A stretch of DNA of 17,641 bases. It comes from Promethearchaeia archaeon (GTDB lineage Archaea; Asgardarchaeota; Lokiarchaeia; Sigyniarchaeales; SOKP01). Where the stretch lies: positions 1 through 17,641 of the forward strand of contig JAHQWJ010000129.1 in assembly GCA_029856125.1 (NCBI GenBank). The letters run 5' to 3'. The translations under genes and the position numbers were made by a program. A model generated the notes under the pieces. That model was not told the DNA's origin and did not search any database. It saw nothing but the letters and a program-made list of their open reading frames with translations. Numbering within the stretch: the first letter of the stretch is position 1; each line of letters opens with the position of its first letter. Of the stretch, positions 1 through 8,488 are shown in pieces.

Positions 1-529
1 TATTGTGAGGTTTAAATTCACCAACCCAATCTGAGATTAGGATATCTCCTTCAATCGTGGGATAAAATTGCTTTCCTACCACAAACTTGTGGTAATAGTT
101 ATAAATTCTATCAAGTCCCTGTTCTGACGTTGTCATTGGAAGGATCACTTCAAAAATGGGAGCGACCTCATCGTTAAAATATAGTTTTGCAGCATCAAAT
201 GATCGCGGAATGCTTTCCAGAGTCTCAATTAGAACTTTTGCTTCTGCTTTTTCTTCTTTGGGGTTTGGAACTCTTATTGTCAAAAAGATATCTTTTCCTA
301 GCCGGTTATCTTTAAAAAAATCAGGGAATTTAGTCAAGAGTTTTTTTACAACAAATCCATCAACTTCTTTACCCTCAGCATCCCACATTTGCTCATCGCA
401 CCCAAGATGTGAATACGCATAAAAAGCTTCCTGAATTTCATCTTCGCCACCAAGATCAGGTGATTCAGCGAAAAAAGGAAGGTGGACATTATCGGGATGT
501 TGTGTACTCATACAACGAGGTATTTTCAT
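1..529 (-). CDS. ppcA: Archaeal-type phosphoenolpyruvate carboxylase, 5' part (runs off the window start; missing from the ORF track)
   Basis: Manual translation from ATG at 529: MKIPRCMSTQHPDNVHLPFF...EDEIQEAFYAYSHLGCDEQMWDAEGKEVD...FLTIRVPNP...IFEVILPMTTS. STQHPDN, QMWDxEGK and RVPNP are PpcA signatures. Frame is open to the window edge. Confidence 0.93.
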   Translation of the reverse strand, partial: MKIPRCMSTQHPDNVHLPFFAESPDLGGEDEIQEAFYAYSHLGCDEQMWDAEGKEVDGFVVKKLLTKFPDFFKDNRLGKDIFLTIRVPNPKEEKAEAKVLIETLESIPRSFDAAKLYFNDEVAPIFEVILPMTTSEQGLDRIYNYYHKFVVGKQFYPTIEGDILISDWVGEFKPHN

Positions 530-694
530 CTTCTTAAATTATAAAATATAATTCATATTAAGATTGTTTTAATTGTAAACTACGTGGAATTTAATATTTG
601 GTTTTATAAATCAAAAATTTAGATTTTTTACAGCTACAAATCTATTAATCTTACACTCATATATATCTAAAAATTTGAAAAAAGAAGAATTTTT

Positions 695-1654
695 CTATCT
701 GTCTAATTGACTTATTTTGTTATGGCTTGAACTTCGCTTAAAACTAATCATTTGTCGAGTAAGTGTATCAAAGTTGTATTGAATAAACATAGTTCTTTTT
801 CGCATCATAGTTTCCATAAAGAAAAATCTTATTGAAAAAATACCTTCCTTCCTTATAAATATTGGAATCGCTGTCCATTTTGCGAAATAATAATATTTAT
901 TACAGAGTGCCATTCCCTGTTCGAAAAGGACCATTTCCTCGTCTGCTAAGATCGTTTTAGTGTTAAAAATCTCATGGTTTTTCGAAAAATGCGATTTTCT
1001 TACTATGCTTAAGGATAATTCGTTTTGTTTAATACTTTTATCGAGAATCATGAAATAGAAAGGTAGTATTCCAGGGAAATACTTCTGATTTTTATTAAGC
1101 TTTGAAGAAAACCATAATTTGGAACTTGTTCTATAGAAGTAATAAATAAGAAAAAAGACGGTGTAAAAATCAATGAAAGACCTGAGGACGATTATATCTG
1201 CAGAAAAAATGGAAATTAACATTGAAGTTATAAGGAATATTAATGAATTCACCATTGTGAAAAAACTACCTGCTTTTTCAACATAAAAACTTCGCTCTTT
1301 TCTAGAGATTGGAAACAAATACGGAATCTTAGTAGTGGTAAGAAGATCCATTGACACATGCAACCCATAGAATAAAATTCCTATAATCCAGACTATAAAG
1401 AATGACTTTTGTCTTAAGATAGAATTAATTCCTCCAATAATGCCTGCTACTAGTACGCCAATAATATACGAATGAGATCCTCCTCGATGTTCAAAGTAAT
1501 TTGATTTAAAAACTCTTTTTAAAGGCATTAAGAATATATCTAAATCAGGTAATACTGAGAAAAAAACGGCCAAAGCTAAATAATCAAAAGTGACATCCCT
1601 CATAAAAAGTAGATATGTAAGGGCTCCAACAACTAAATGAGTGAATAAATCCAT
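695..1654 (-). CDS. Membrane-bound metal-dependent hydrolase (YdjM-like)
   Basis: MDLFTH start, LPDLD, HRGGSHS and LHVSMD motifs; several hydrophobic segments. Confidence 0.85.
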   Translation of the reverse strand: MDLFTHLVVGALTYLLFMRDVTFDYLALAVFFSVLPDLDIFLMPLKRVFKSNYFEHRGGSHSYIIGVLVAGIIGGINSILRQKSFFIVWIIGILFYGLHVSMDLLTTTKIPYLFPISRKERSFYVEKAGSFFTMVNSLIFLITSMLISIFSADIIVLRSFIDFYTVFFLIYYFYRTSSKLWFSSKLNKNQKYFPGILPFYFMILDKSIKQNELSLSIVRKSHFSKNHEIFNTKTILADEEMVLFEQGMALCNKYYYFAKWTAIPIFIRKEGIFSIRFFFMETMMRKRTMFIQYNFDTLTRQMISFKRSSSHNKISQLDR

Positions 1655-1736
1655 AATTAACTTATCTTGCTACGATTATGTTAATAGTATTTTAAAAAAA
1701 TAAAGGAAGTTGAAACAATTCTATCATGATATGATA

Positions 1737-2117
1737 TTACTTGTTCTTAAATCCGATGTACATCAAACCCAACCAACCGAAAGTAAACGCAAAACCACCA
1801 ATAGGGGCTAAAAATTCGATCCATTGAATCCCCGTAAAGACTATGAAATAAAGACTCCCACTAAAGAGGATGATACCTGATAAAAATAACCATCCAGAGA
1901 TATCTACCATTTTTAACTTAATGTTATTTGCTAAAAGTGCTATGATTATTAAAGCAAAAGCGTGATACATTTGATATCGCACAGCCTTTTGAAAAGTTAA
2001 AAGAATCGCAGAATCAGGATGACCCACATCAATTAAATGCGCGCCATAAGCTCCAGCTAGAACTGCAAATGCAGCGTTAAAAGCACCAAGAATCAACCAT
2101 AATTTTTTTTTATCCAT
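1737..2117 (-). CDS. DUF423/YgdD (TMEM256-like) membrane protein
   Basis: GAYGAH, AVRYQMYHA, GIILFSGSLY and PIGG motifs; about 4 TM segments. Confidence 0.9.
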   Translation of the reverse strand: MDKKKLWLILGAFNAAFAVLAGAYGAHLIDVGHPDSAILLTFQKAVRYQMYHAFALIIIALLANNIKLKMVDISGWLFLSGIILFSGSLYFIVFTGIQWIEFLAPIGGFAFTFGWLGLMYIGFKNK

Positions 2118-2189
2118 TTTTAAAATGTCCTTTTTAATTAATAGTATAGTTAAAATTATATTCTGAGTGTTTAAAAATATTTTATTATA

Positions 2190-2813
2190 TTATATAACTG
2201 CTTCATTTCGCAAGGTATTTTCTATTACTTTCTTAAAAACATCGTAGGGTTGAGCGCCTACTACGATCTTGTCTCCAATTATGAATGTTGGTACGCCATT
2301 TATTCCATATTGTCTTAATTCTTTGAGAGATTTCGTTAACTCGGATTTTGGTTCTTCACTAATGATGTAATCAAGCACCTCATTCCTGTTTAAACCGACT
2401 TTTTCCGCTAATGTTAAAAGTAAGGTTTGATCTCCTATATTCTTCCCTTCTTTCCAGTAGGAATCTAACACTAGCCTGTGAAATTCATCAAATTTACCTT
2501 TTTTCCTTGCGAATTCCGATATATACAAAGCTAATCGCGAATTTGGGAGCTTTTCAGAAAGCTTTAATGTAATTCCAGCTTCATCAGCAAGGCTCTTTAT
2601 ATTTGCTATCATCATATCTAAATAATCTTTAGGAAAATTTAAGCTATTCAATTTAGTACCTTCTTTTGGTGTTTCAGGATGAATTTCAAATGGTCGCCAC
2701 TCAACTTCTAGATCATAATTTTCTTTAAGTTGTTCTACGCGATAATACCCTATGTAACAAAAAGGACAAATATAATCTGAGAATACAACAATTTTTAACT
2801 TTTTTTGACTCAT
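2190..2813 (-). CDS. DsbA/FrnE-family thiol-disulfide oxidoreductase
   Basis: SDYICPFCYIG active site, WRPFEIHP, GINGVPTF cis-Pro loop and GAQP. Confidence 0.9.
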   Translation of the reverse strand: MSQKKLKIVVFSDYICPFCYIGYYRVEQLKENYDLEVEWRPFEIHPETPKEGTKLNSLNFPKDYLDMMIANIKSLADEAGITLKLSEKLPNSRLALYISEFARKKGKFDEFHRLVLDSYWKEGKNIGDQTLLLTLAEKVGLNRNEVLDYIISEEPKSELTKSLKELRQYGINGVPTFIIGDKIVVGAQPYDVFKKVIENTLRNEAVI

Positions 2814-2940
2814 AATTCACGATTTAGAAGAGAAAACAAGCTTTTATAATTTATTGAATTAAAAAATAGGAAATACATACAATAAGTCTATCGGAAAAAA
2901 ATCCATCTACAAATTGACTTGCATTTTAAAAAATCATGTA

Positions 2941-2952
2941 AAAGTTTATATA
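2941..2952 (+). promoter_or_regulatory. Archaeal BRE/TATA box (AAAG-TTTATATA)
   Basis: TTTATATA at 2945-2952, preceded by a purine run. The ATG at 2979 is at about the expected transcription start position. Confidence 0.55.
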
Positions 2953-2978
2953 GCCTTAGTTAATATCATCTTATAACA

Positions 2979-3065
2979 ATGATCTCAAGTAATACTGCTG
3001 CAAGAAGAGTTATAAGGTTATTGATATCCTTAAGTATTATTATCGTAGCAGTATTAATTCGATAA
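2979..3065 (+). CDS. Putative leaderless 28-aa leader peptide or hydrophobic microprotein (MISSNTAARRVIRLLISLSIIIVAVLIR)
   Basis: ATG about 27 nt after the TATA box; 14 of 28 residues are I/L/V; overlaps a hairpin. Not in the ORF track. Confidence 0.35.
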   Translation: MISSNTAARRVIRLLISLSIIIVAVLIR

Positions 3066-3120
3066 GCGAAACAATTCCGCTTGATCTTTTTGTATTATTT
3101 TTTCGCGGTTTTGTTCGCTT
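2990..3120 (+). promoter_or_regulatory. Two tandem RNA hairpins in the leader of the frhB-wHTH gene
   Basis: TAATACTGCTGC (2990-3001) pairs with GTAGCAGTATTA (3045-3056, one G-U), with an inner TAAGG/CCTTA stem. AAGCGA..ACAA..CCGC (3064-3080) pairs with GCGG..TTGT..TCGCTT (3105-3120). Confidence 0.55.
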
Positions 3121-3217
3121 GAAAAATGATATTTTTTTTAAAAGATCGTTGCATATTCGTTGCGTTTAAAGCTTGAGTAAGTTGAAAATCACAAAAAAAA
3201 GAAATGGAGAACCTAAA

Positions 3218-4642
3218 ATGGAAATGAAAAATCAAGTGAAAGATTACTTACAAACTAAAGATATTGATATCGGATTTCAAGATTTAACTGACTTAGTAAT
3301 AGATAAAAATAATTGCGTTTTTTGCGGATCTTGCATCTCCCTCTGCCCTCGAATTGGAATGAATGAAAAGGAACCAAAGTTATTAGAATATGATCCGGAA
3401 TGCTCTACTTGTTTTAGATATTGCCCAAGAACATATTTTCCTACAGAAATGTTTGAAGAAGAGTTGTTCAATGGTAATGCGAGTAAAAATTATTCAATAG
3501 GATACTATCAAAAGTTAGTGGCTGCTAAAAGTAACGACGAAGCTGTCTTGAAGCGAGCTCAGAATGGAGGTGTGGTTTCTAAACTATTGATTCATGCTCT
3601 TGATTCGGGACTTATAGATGGGGTTCTACTTACCGATAAGTATGATAATTGGTACCCCAAACCAGTAATTGCGAGAACTCCTGAGGAAATATTATCATGC
3701 GTTGGTTCCAAATATACGATTTCACCAACGTTAATTACTTATCGTGAAGCTATTAGAGAGTTCAAATTAAAAAAATTAGCATTTGTTGGTGTCCCTTGCC
3801 AAATCAACGCAGTAAGAAAGTTACAATTATCTTCCCCCCTCTCGGAAGAATATGGAAAGTTTAAATTAATCATTGGACTTTATTGTTACTCTAACTATAC
3901 CTATGATCTATTGAAAGCCTTCGTTCAAGGAGAGCTTGGAATACCGCTAAATACTGTAAAGAAGTTCGATATCTCAAAAGGGAAGTTTTATGTGTATATG
4001 AAAGACGGGTCGGTTAAACAGGTTCCAATTAAAATGACGAAACAGTATACCTGGAATAGTTGTCACTATTGTAAAGATTTCAGTGCAGAAATTGCTGATA
4101 TATCCGTTGGAAGTGCGGGAGCATTAAGTGATGATTGGAACAGTGTTTTATTGCGTACTGATATTGGAGTAAAAGTCTTCAATGATACTGTTAAATCTAA
4201 CAACTTAATTACTTCTGATAACATCGATCTTGTTAAAATTGAGAAAACTGCATATAGAAAGAAGACAAGAATCACCCAAATTGATGAAAAAATGTTAAAC
4301 ACTATGCGATTATTAGATATTTCTGAAGTCGAAATTAAAACTTACACTTCCTTAATGTCGTTAGGACAAGCAAGCGAATCGCTATTAAGTGAAGTTATGA
4401 AAGTAGAGAAAAACTTCGTTATAAGCGCTTTAGAAAGTCTAAAACAACGCGAGTGGGTTTTATTATCCAATGGAATTTACATTTCTGTTGACCCAACACT
4501 AGTCATAAATAACGAGATTAGTAAACTAAGAAAAAAATTCTTGGAAAAAATTGGAATACTTAATAGCGAAGTTCTCCCCGAATTAGAATCAATATTCGTA
4601 CGAAATAATATTAATCAAATGCGCCATAAAAAAGAGTTGTAA
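3218..4642 (+). CDS. FrhB/FdhB-family (F420-dependent oxidoreductase beta subunit) protein with N-terminal 4Fe-4S motifs and a C-terminal TrmB-like winged-helix domain
   Basis: CVFCGSCISLCP, CSTCFRYCP, AQNGGVVS, GSKY, VGVPCQI, IGLYC, CHYCKDFSAEIADISVG. The tail LDISEVEIKTYTSL...LESLKQREWV resembles a TrmB HTH. ATG 3218 follows GGAG and is preferred over TTG 3173. Confidence 0.88.
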   Translation: MEMKNQVKDYLQTKDIDIGFQDLTDLVIDKNNCVFCGSCISLCPRIGMNEKEPKLLEYDPECSTCFRYCPRTYFPTEMFEEELFNGNASKNYSIGYYQKLVAAKSNDEAVLKRAQNGGVVSKLLIHALDSGLIDGVLLTDKYDNWYPKPVIARTPEEILSCVGSKYTISPTLITYREAIREFKLKKLAFVGVPCQINAVRKLQLSSPLSEEYGKFKLIIGLYCYSNYTYDLLKAFVQGELGIPLNTVKKFDISKGKFYVYMKDGSVKQVPIKMTKQYTWNSCHYCKDFSAEIADISVGSAGALSDDWNSVLLRTDIGVKVFNDTVKSNNLITSDNIDLVKIEKTAYRKKTRITQIDEKMLNTMRLLDISEVEIKTYTSLMSLGQASESLLSEVMKVEKNFVISALESLKQREWVLLSNGIYISVDPTLVINNEISKLRKKFLEKIGILNSEVLPELESIFVRNNINQMRHKKEL

Positions 4643-4668
4643 TCGACAAAGAGAGTCAGAAAAGAACC

Positions 4669-5208
4669 CTAAATGATTTTCTCCATGAATAACCAGTGAG
4701 GTAAAAACATTGTTGGTACTTCGCTCTCAATATATCGCTCTCTTTCCCGAAATCCTGCTCGTCGATACACTTGTTGAGCAGCAACCATAAATTCCCCTGT
4801 ATCCAAGCGAACCGAAGAAAATCCGAATTCCCGTCCTTTTCTTAATAATCGTTCTAATATCTCTTTTCCATAACCATTCCCCCTATATTTCGGTAGGATA
4901 AACATTCTCTTGATTTCTCCAACACCCCTTTTTAGTGTTCTTAGTGCCCCCATTCCGATTATGGAGTTATCTTTTTGTATAACATAGTAAATACCCTCAG
5001 GTGGTAAATAACCTGCCAATTGTTCAAGAGTCTTCTCTGAATATTCTAGGATACTTTCTCCTATTATTGAAAACGTATCAATGCTATATCGTTGCTGCAC
5101 TTCCTCATTTATCCAAGTAAAATATTCTTCGGTTAGTTTAATTAAGTGTGATTTATGCAAACTTACATTAATAGGGATAAATTCAACCATAATGTCTATA
5201 GTGCTCAA
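4669..5208 (-). CDS. GNAT-family N-acetyltransferase
   Basis: GEIKRMFILPKYRGNGYGK acetyl-CoA-binding motif A; VRLDT...AQQVYRRAGF. Confidence 0.9.
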   Translation of the reverse strand: MSTIDIMVEFIPINVSLHKSHLIKLTEEYFTWINEEVQQRYSIDTFSIIGESILEYSEKTLEQLAGYLPPEGIYYVIQKDNSIIGMGALRTLKRGVGEIKRMFILPKYRGNGYGKEILERLLRKGREFGFSSVRLDTGEFMVAAQQVYRRAGFRERERYIESEVPTMFLPHWLFMEKII

Positions 5209-5294
5209 TTATTTAAAATGTTAAATAATATCAAAATTCTGCTGAATAAGAAATTAAATTAGAAATAATAAAAAAAAAAAAATTGTTTAAATGA

Positions 5295-5669
5295 TTACTC
5301 AAGTCCTATCTTTGAAGCATATTTTACGATAAGGAATATTATTAAGGCTATTATTATAAAATTTATAAATGCCGCTATGAAGTTTCCGATCCCAAATACA
5401 CCAAGTTTGATATCCGAAATATTATCAAATCCAGGTACAAAGATTCCGATTATTGGAGTTATTAGATCTTGAGCTAAGGAAAGGATTAGAGCGTTTACAG
5501 CAAGACCGAGTATAAAAGCAGATGCAAGACCCAGAATTTTGTATTGTTTTATGAACTCCAAAAATTCCTTCGCTAGATTTTTTGGTTTTTCTTTTGGTGG
5601 TGGTGGTGCTGGAGTTAGTAGTTCTCGAATTTTTTTTAATTCCTCTAACATTTCATCTTCTTTTGCCAT
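5295..5669 (-). CDS. mscL: Large-conductance mechanosensitive channel family protein with an atypical N-terminal extension
   Basis: KEFLEF amphipathic helix, TM1 ILGLASAFILG, DLITPII, TM2 GNFIAAFINFIIIALIIF. Confidence 0.88.
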   Translation of the reverse strand: MAKEDEMLEELKKIRELLTPAPPPPKEKPKNLAKEFLEFIKQYKILGLASAFILGLAVNALILSLAQDLITPIIGIFVPGFDNISDIKLGVFGIGNFIAAFINFIIIALIIFLIVKYASKIGLE

Positions 5670-5870
5670 CTAAATTCACTTTACACTTTTTATATGGATT
5701 TACAATTGTTTTAATTATATTAAGGTTTGAATAATATTTACTCTGGCTTTACTTAAATCTTTTTTTTATAATCTATGAAGGAGAATATTTAATTCGAACT
5801 TTTGTTGAACTTCGAACTTTAACACTATAAATAGGTCTAGTCCTAATTATATATTAGGAGATTTGTAATA

Positions 5871-6710
5871 ATGTCAGCTAAAAAATTAGATTTTGAGTCA
5901 ATTTATTTTGATTTATATGAATTAAATTCAGGGATATTTGCTGCAATGTCAGCAGACAAATTTCCCACTTCAAATGCGGGATTTTTTGATCTTGGTAATT
6001 ATTTAGTTATATTCGATACGCTTATGGACCCTTACTCTACAATTGATCTCATCAATGCGTCAAAACAATTTACAAACAAAGAACCTTCTTTTCTGATAAA
6101 TAGTCACCATCACATGGACCATTTGTTGGGAAATCGTATATTTCCTATGAATGTCCCTATTATAAGCAGCTTTGAAGCATTTGGGCAAGCTAAGGAGTCT
6201 TTAGACACCAGTTTTAAAAACTTTAAGGAAAGAGCTCCTGCTGAACTTAAAAGGACAGAAGCGGAATTACTAAACGAAAAAAATCCAAATAAAATACTAG
6301 AGTTGAAGAACGATTTAAATACTTGGAACGAAATCAGTAAACCAAGTTTCACTTTAAGACTTCCAGATTTTATTATTAACAATTCCTTTACACTTAAAGG
6401 CACTAAAAACCAAGTTCAAATAATTTACATTGGAGCAGCTCACACAAAAGGAGATATTGTAGCGTTATTCGAAAAAGAAAAAATTTGTTTTATGGGAGAC
6501 TTATTATTCGAGGAAACTGACCCTAGTTGGCTTAATAATAGTAATATAGCAGTTCCTCCAAATCCATCCAGACTTCGCGATACATTAATAGAATATGCTG
6601 AAAAAGATGTTGAAACTTATGTTCCTGGACACGGAAATCTTTGTACAAAAAAACAGCTTCTAGAAAATGCTGAATTCTACGACGAGTATTACGTAAAAAA
6701 AAGTCAATAA
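5871..6710 (+). CDS. MBL-fold metallo-hydrolase
   Basis: SNAG, NSHHHMDHLLGN (HxHxDH), AHTKGD, FMGDL, VPGHG. GGAG SD upstream. Confidence 0.9.
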   Translation: MSAKKLDFESIYFDLYELNSGIFAAMSADKFPTSNAGFFDLGNYLVIFDTLMDPYSTIDLINASKQFTNKEPSFLINSHHHMDHLLGNRIFPMNVPIISSFEAFGQAKESLDTSFKNFKERAPAELKRTEAELLNEKNPNKILELKNDLNTWNEISKPSFTLRLPDFIINNSFTLKGTKNQVQIIYIGAAHTKGDIVALFEKEKICFMGDLLFEETDPSWLNNSNIAVPPNPSRLRDTLIEYAEKDVETYVPGHGNLCTKKQLLENAEFYDEYYVKKSQ

Positions 6711-6800
6711 AAAAATCTAATATAACATAATTCAACTAACATTTAGAGTTTATTTGGAAATATCCAAAATTATTTAATTTTAGTCTTATTTCAATTAATT

Positions 6801-7655
6801 ATGGTTAATGATGGATTTAATCAGTTTAAAGGAGATGTTAATACAGAAAGGATCAAATATATCGCTGATCCTCAACTGAGAAATATCGTAAATGTTTCTA
6901 TTGCCTTAGCACGGCCTTTATTGGTAAAAGGAGAGCCAGGTACGGGAAAAACTCTATTATCTCATGCAATAGCGGAATCTTTGGGGAAAAAATTAATAAT
7001 ATGGAATGTAAAGAGCACAACAGAAGCGATAGATGGCGCTTATATGTACGATACAGTTCAAAGATTAAACGATAGTCGATTTGGAAGCGAGGATCGCAAT
7101 GTGGACACTGTAAAAGATTACATTACTTTCGGACCTCTTGGGGAAGCATTTGATTCTGAAGAACAGGTTGTCCTTCTTATTGACGAGGTGGATAAAGCAG
7201 ATATTGAATTTCCTAACGACCTTTTACAAGAGTTAGATGTTATGGAATTCTATGTTAAAGAAACTAAAGAGTTTATAAAAGCAAAAACTCGACCCATTGT
7301 CATTATCACTTCAAACAACGAAAAAGAACTTCCTGATGCGTTCTTGCGAAGATGTGTATTTCACTGGATTGAATTTCCATCTAAAGAATTTATGTCAGAA
7401 ATATGTAATCTTCATTATCCTAATTTGAAGCAAAATCTATTGGAACAATGCCTTAAACATTTCTATGCACTAAGAGCTATCACTAAACTGAGAAAAATGC
7501 CCTCAACTTCGGAACTCCTCGATTGGATCGGTGTTTTGTTAAAAAGTGGAATAACCTTAGACGAACTTAAGCGTGGCATCCCCTTTTTAGGTGTACTCCT
7601 TAAAAAAGAAAAAGACATTGAGGTTGCGTTAGAAAAAGTTAAATTTCCAACATAA
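6801..7655 (+). CDS. MoxR-family AAA+ ATPase
   Basis: Walker A GEPGTGKT, Walker B LLIDEVDKAD, TSNNEKELPDAFLRRC, PSTSELLDW. Confidence 0.93.
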   Translation: MVNDGFNQFKGDVNTERIKYIADPQLRNIVNVSIALARPLLVKGEPGTGKTLLSHAIAESLGKKLIIWNVKSTTEAIDGAYMYDTVQRLNDSRFGSEDRNVDTVKDYITFGPLGEAFDSEEQVVLLIDEVDKADIEFPNDLLQELDVMEFYVKETKEFIKAKTRPIVIITSNNEKELPDAFLRRCVFHWIEFPSKEFMSEICNLHYPNLKQNLLEQCLKHFYALRAITKLRKMPSTSELLDWIGVLLKSGITLDELKRGIPFLGVLLKKEKDIEVALEKVKFPT

Positions 7656-7876
7656 AAAATATAACTATTTTTGTTCAAAATTTTTTATTGATGCTAATTC
7701 TTAAGAGTTAAGATCTATTTCTGTGGTTCTCGAATAATATATTCTCACTTCTACTAAATATTTTTTAAAATATAAAGCGGAGATTTATTAGTTTTGGATT
7801 TTCTCTATGAATTGCGATACTCTATCGTAAAAACTTTAAGATTTATGAGAAAAAATTAATTAGAAGGTGAGGAATT

Positions 7877-8242
7877 ATAAGCGAAAAAGAAAAATTTATT
7901 CTTTATGTGCAAACTAGTGATGATCCTGAACGACAGTATTCACCGCTTGTATTAGCACAGACTGCTAAAGCAATGGATGTTAAAGCACTCGTTTACTACT
8001 TAGGTCAAGGGTTAAGGATATTAAAACCTGGCAAAGCAGATGAGATTAAAGCGGAAAACTTCCCAACGCTCAAGGAAATGATTGATAAAACACTTGCGGA
8101 AGGTATCGAAATTTTCGTCTGCGAAGCTTCAAAAAGAATGTTAGGTTGGGAAAATGCTGAGTTAATTCCAGGATTGAAAATTGTTGGAGCAGCAACATTG
8201 AACGATTTAGTGTTAGAAGCCGACGCTACAATGTGGTTTTAA
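7877..8242 (+). CDS. DsrE/DsrF-like sulfur-relay family protein (probable start ATA 7877; annotated GTG 7907)
   Basis: VYYLGQG, GIEIFVCEAS (conserved Cys), LIPGLKIVGAATL. SD GGTGAGG at 7866-7872. Confidence 0.8.
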   Translation: MSEKEKFILYVQTSDDPERQYSPLVLAQTAKAMDVKALVYYLGQGLRILKPGKADEIKAENFPTLKEMIDKTLAEGIEIFVCEASKRMLGWENAELIPGLKIVGAATLNDLVLEADATMWF

Positions 8243-8488
8243 CACAAGCATCTATCCGATTTTAAGAAAAAATGTTCAAAAATTAAGTTTTAATAGGCTA
8301 GAAAGAGAATTATTTAATAGTATCTACTCTAGTAATTTCATTAATTTCGTAGGATCAATTCTTGCCGTATTTAACTTATCCCTAATAGAAATTTGAAAAC
8401 CGCTGGCAGTTTCGTATTTATGAGAAAGCTAATATTTGTAAATTAATTTTATAAATTAGAAGAATTAAAATTTATGATTTTAACTTAA

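Noticed and set aside
156-422. 88-aa plus-strand ORF
   Set aside because: Antisense shadow of ppcA, which has clear family motifs on the minus strand.
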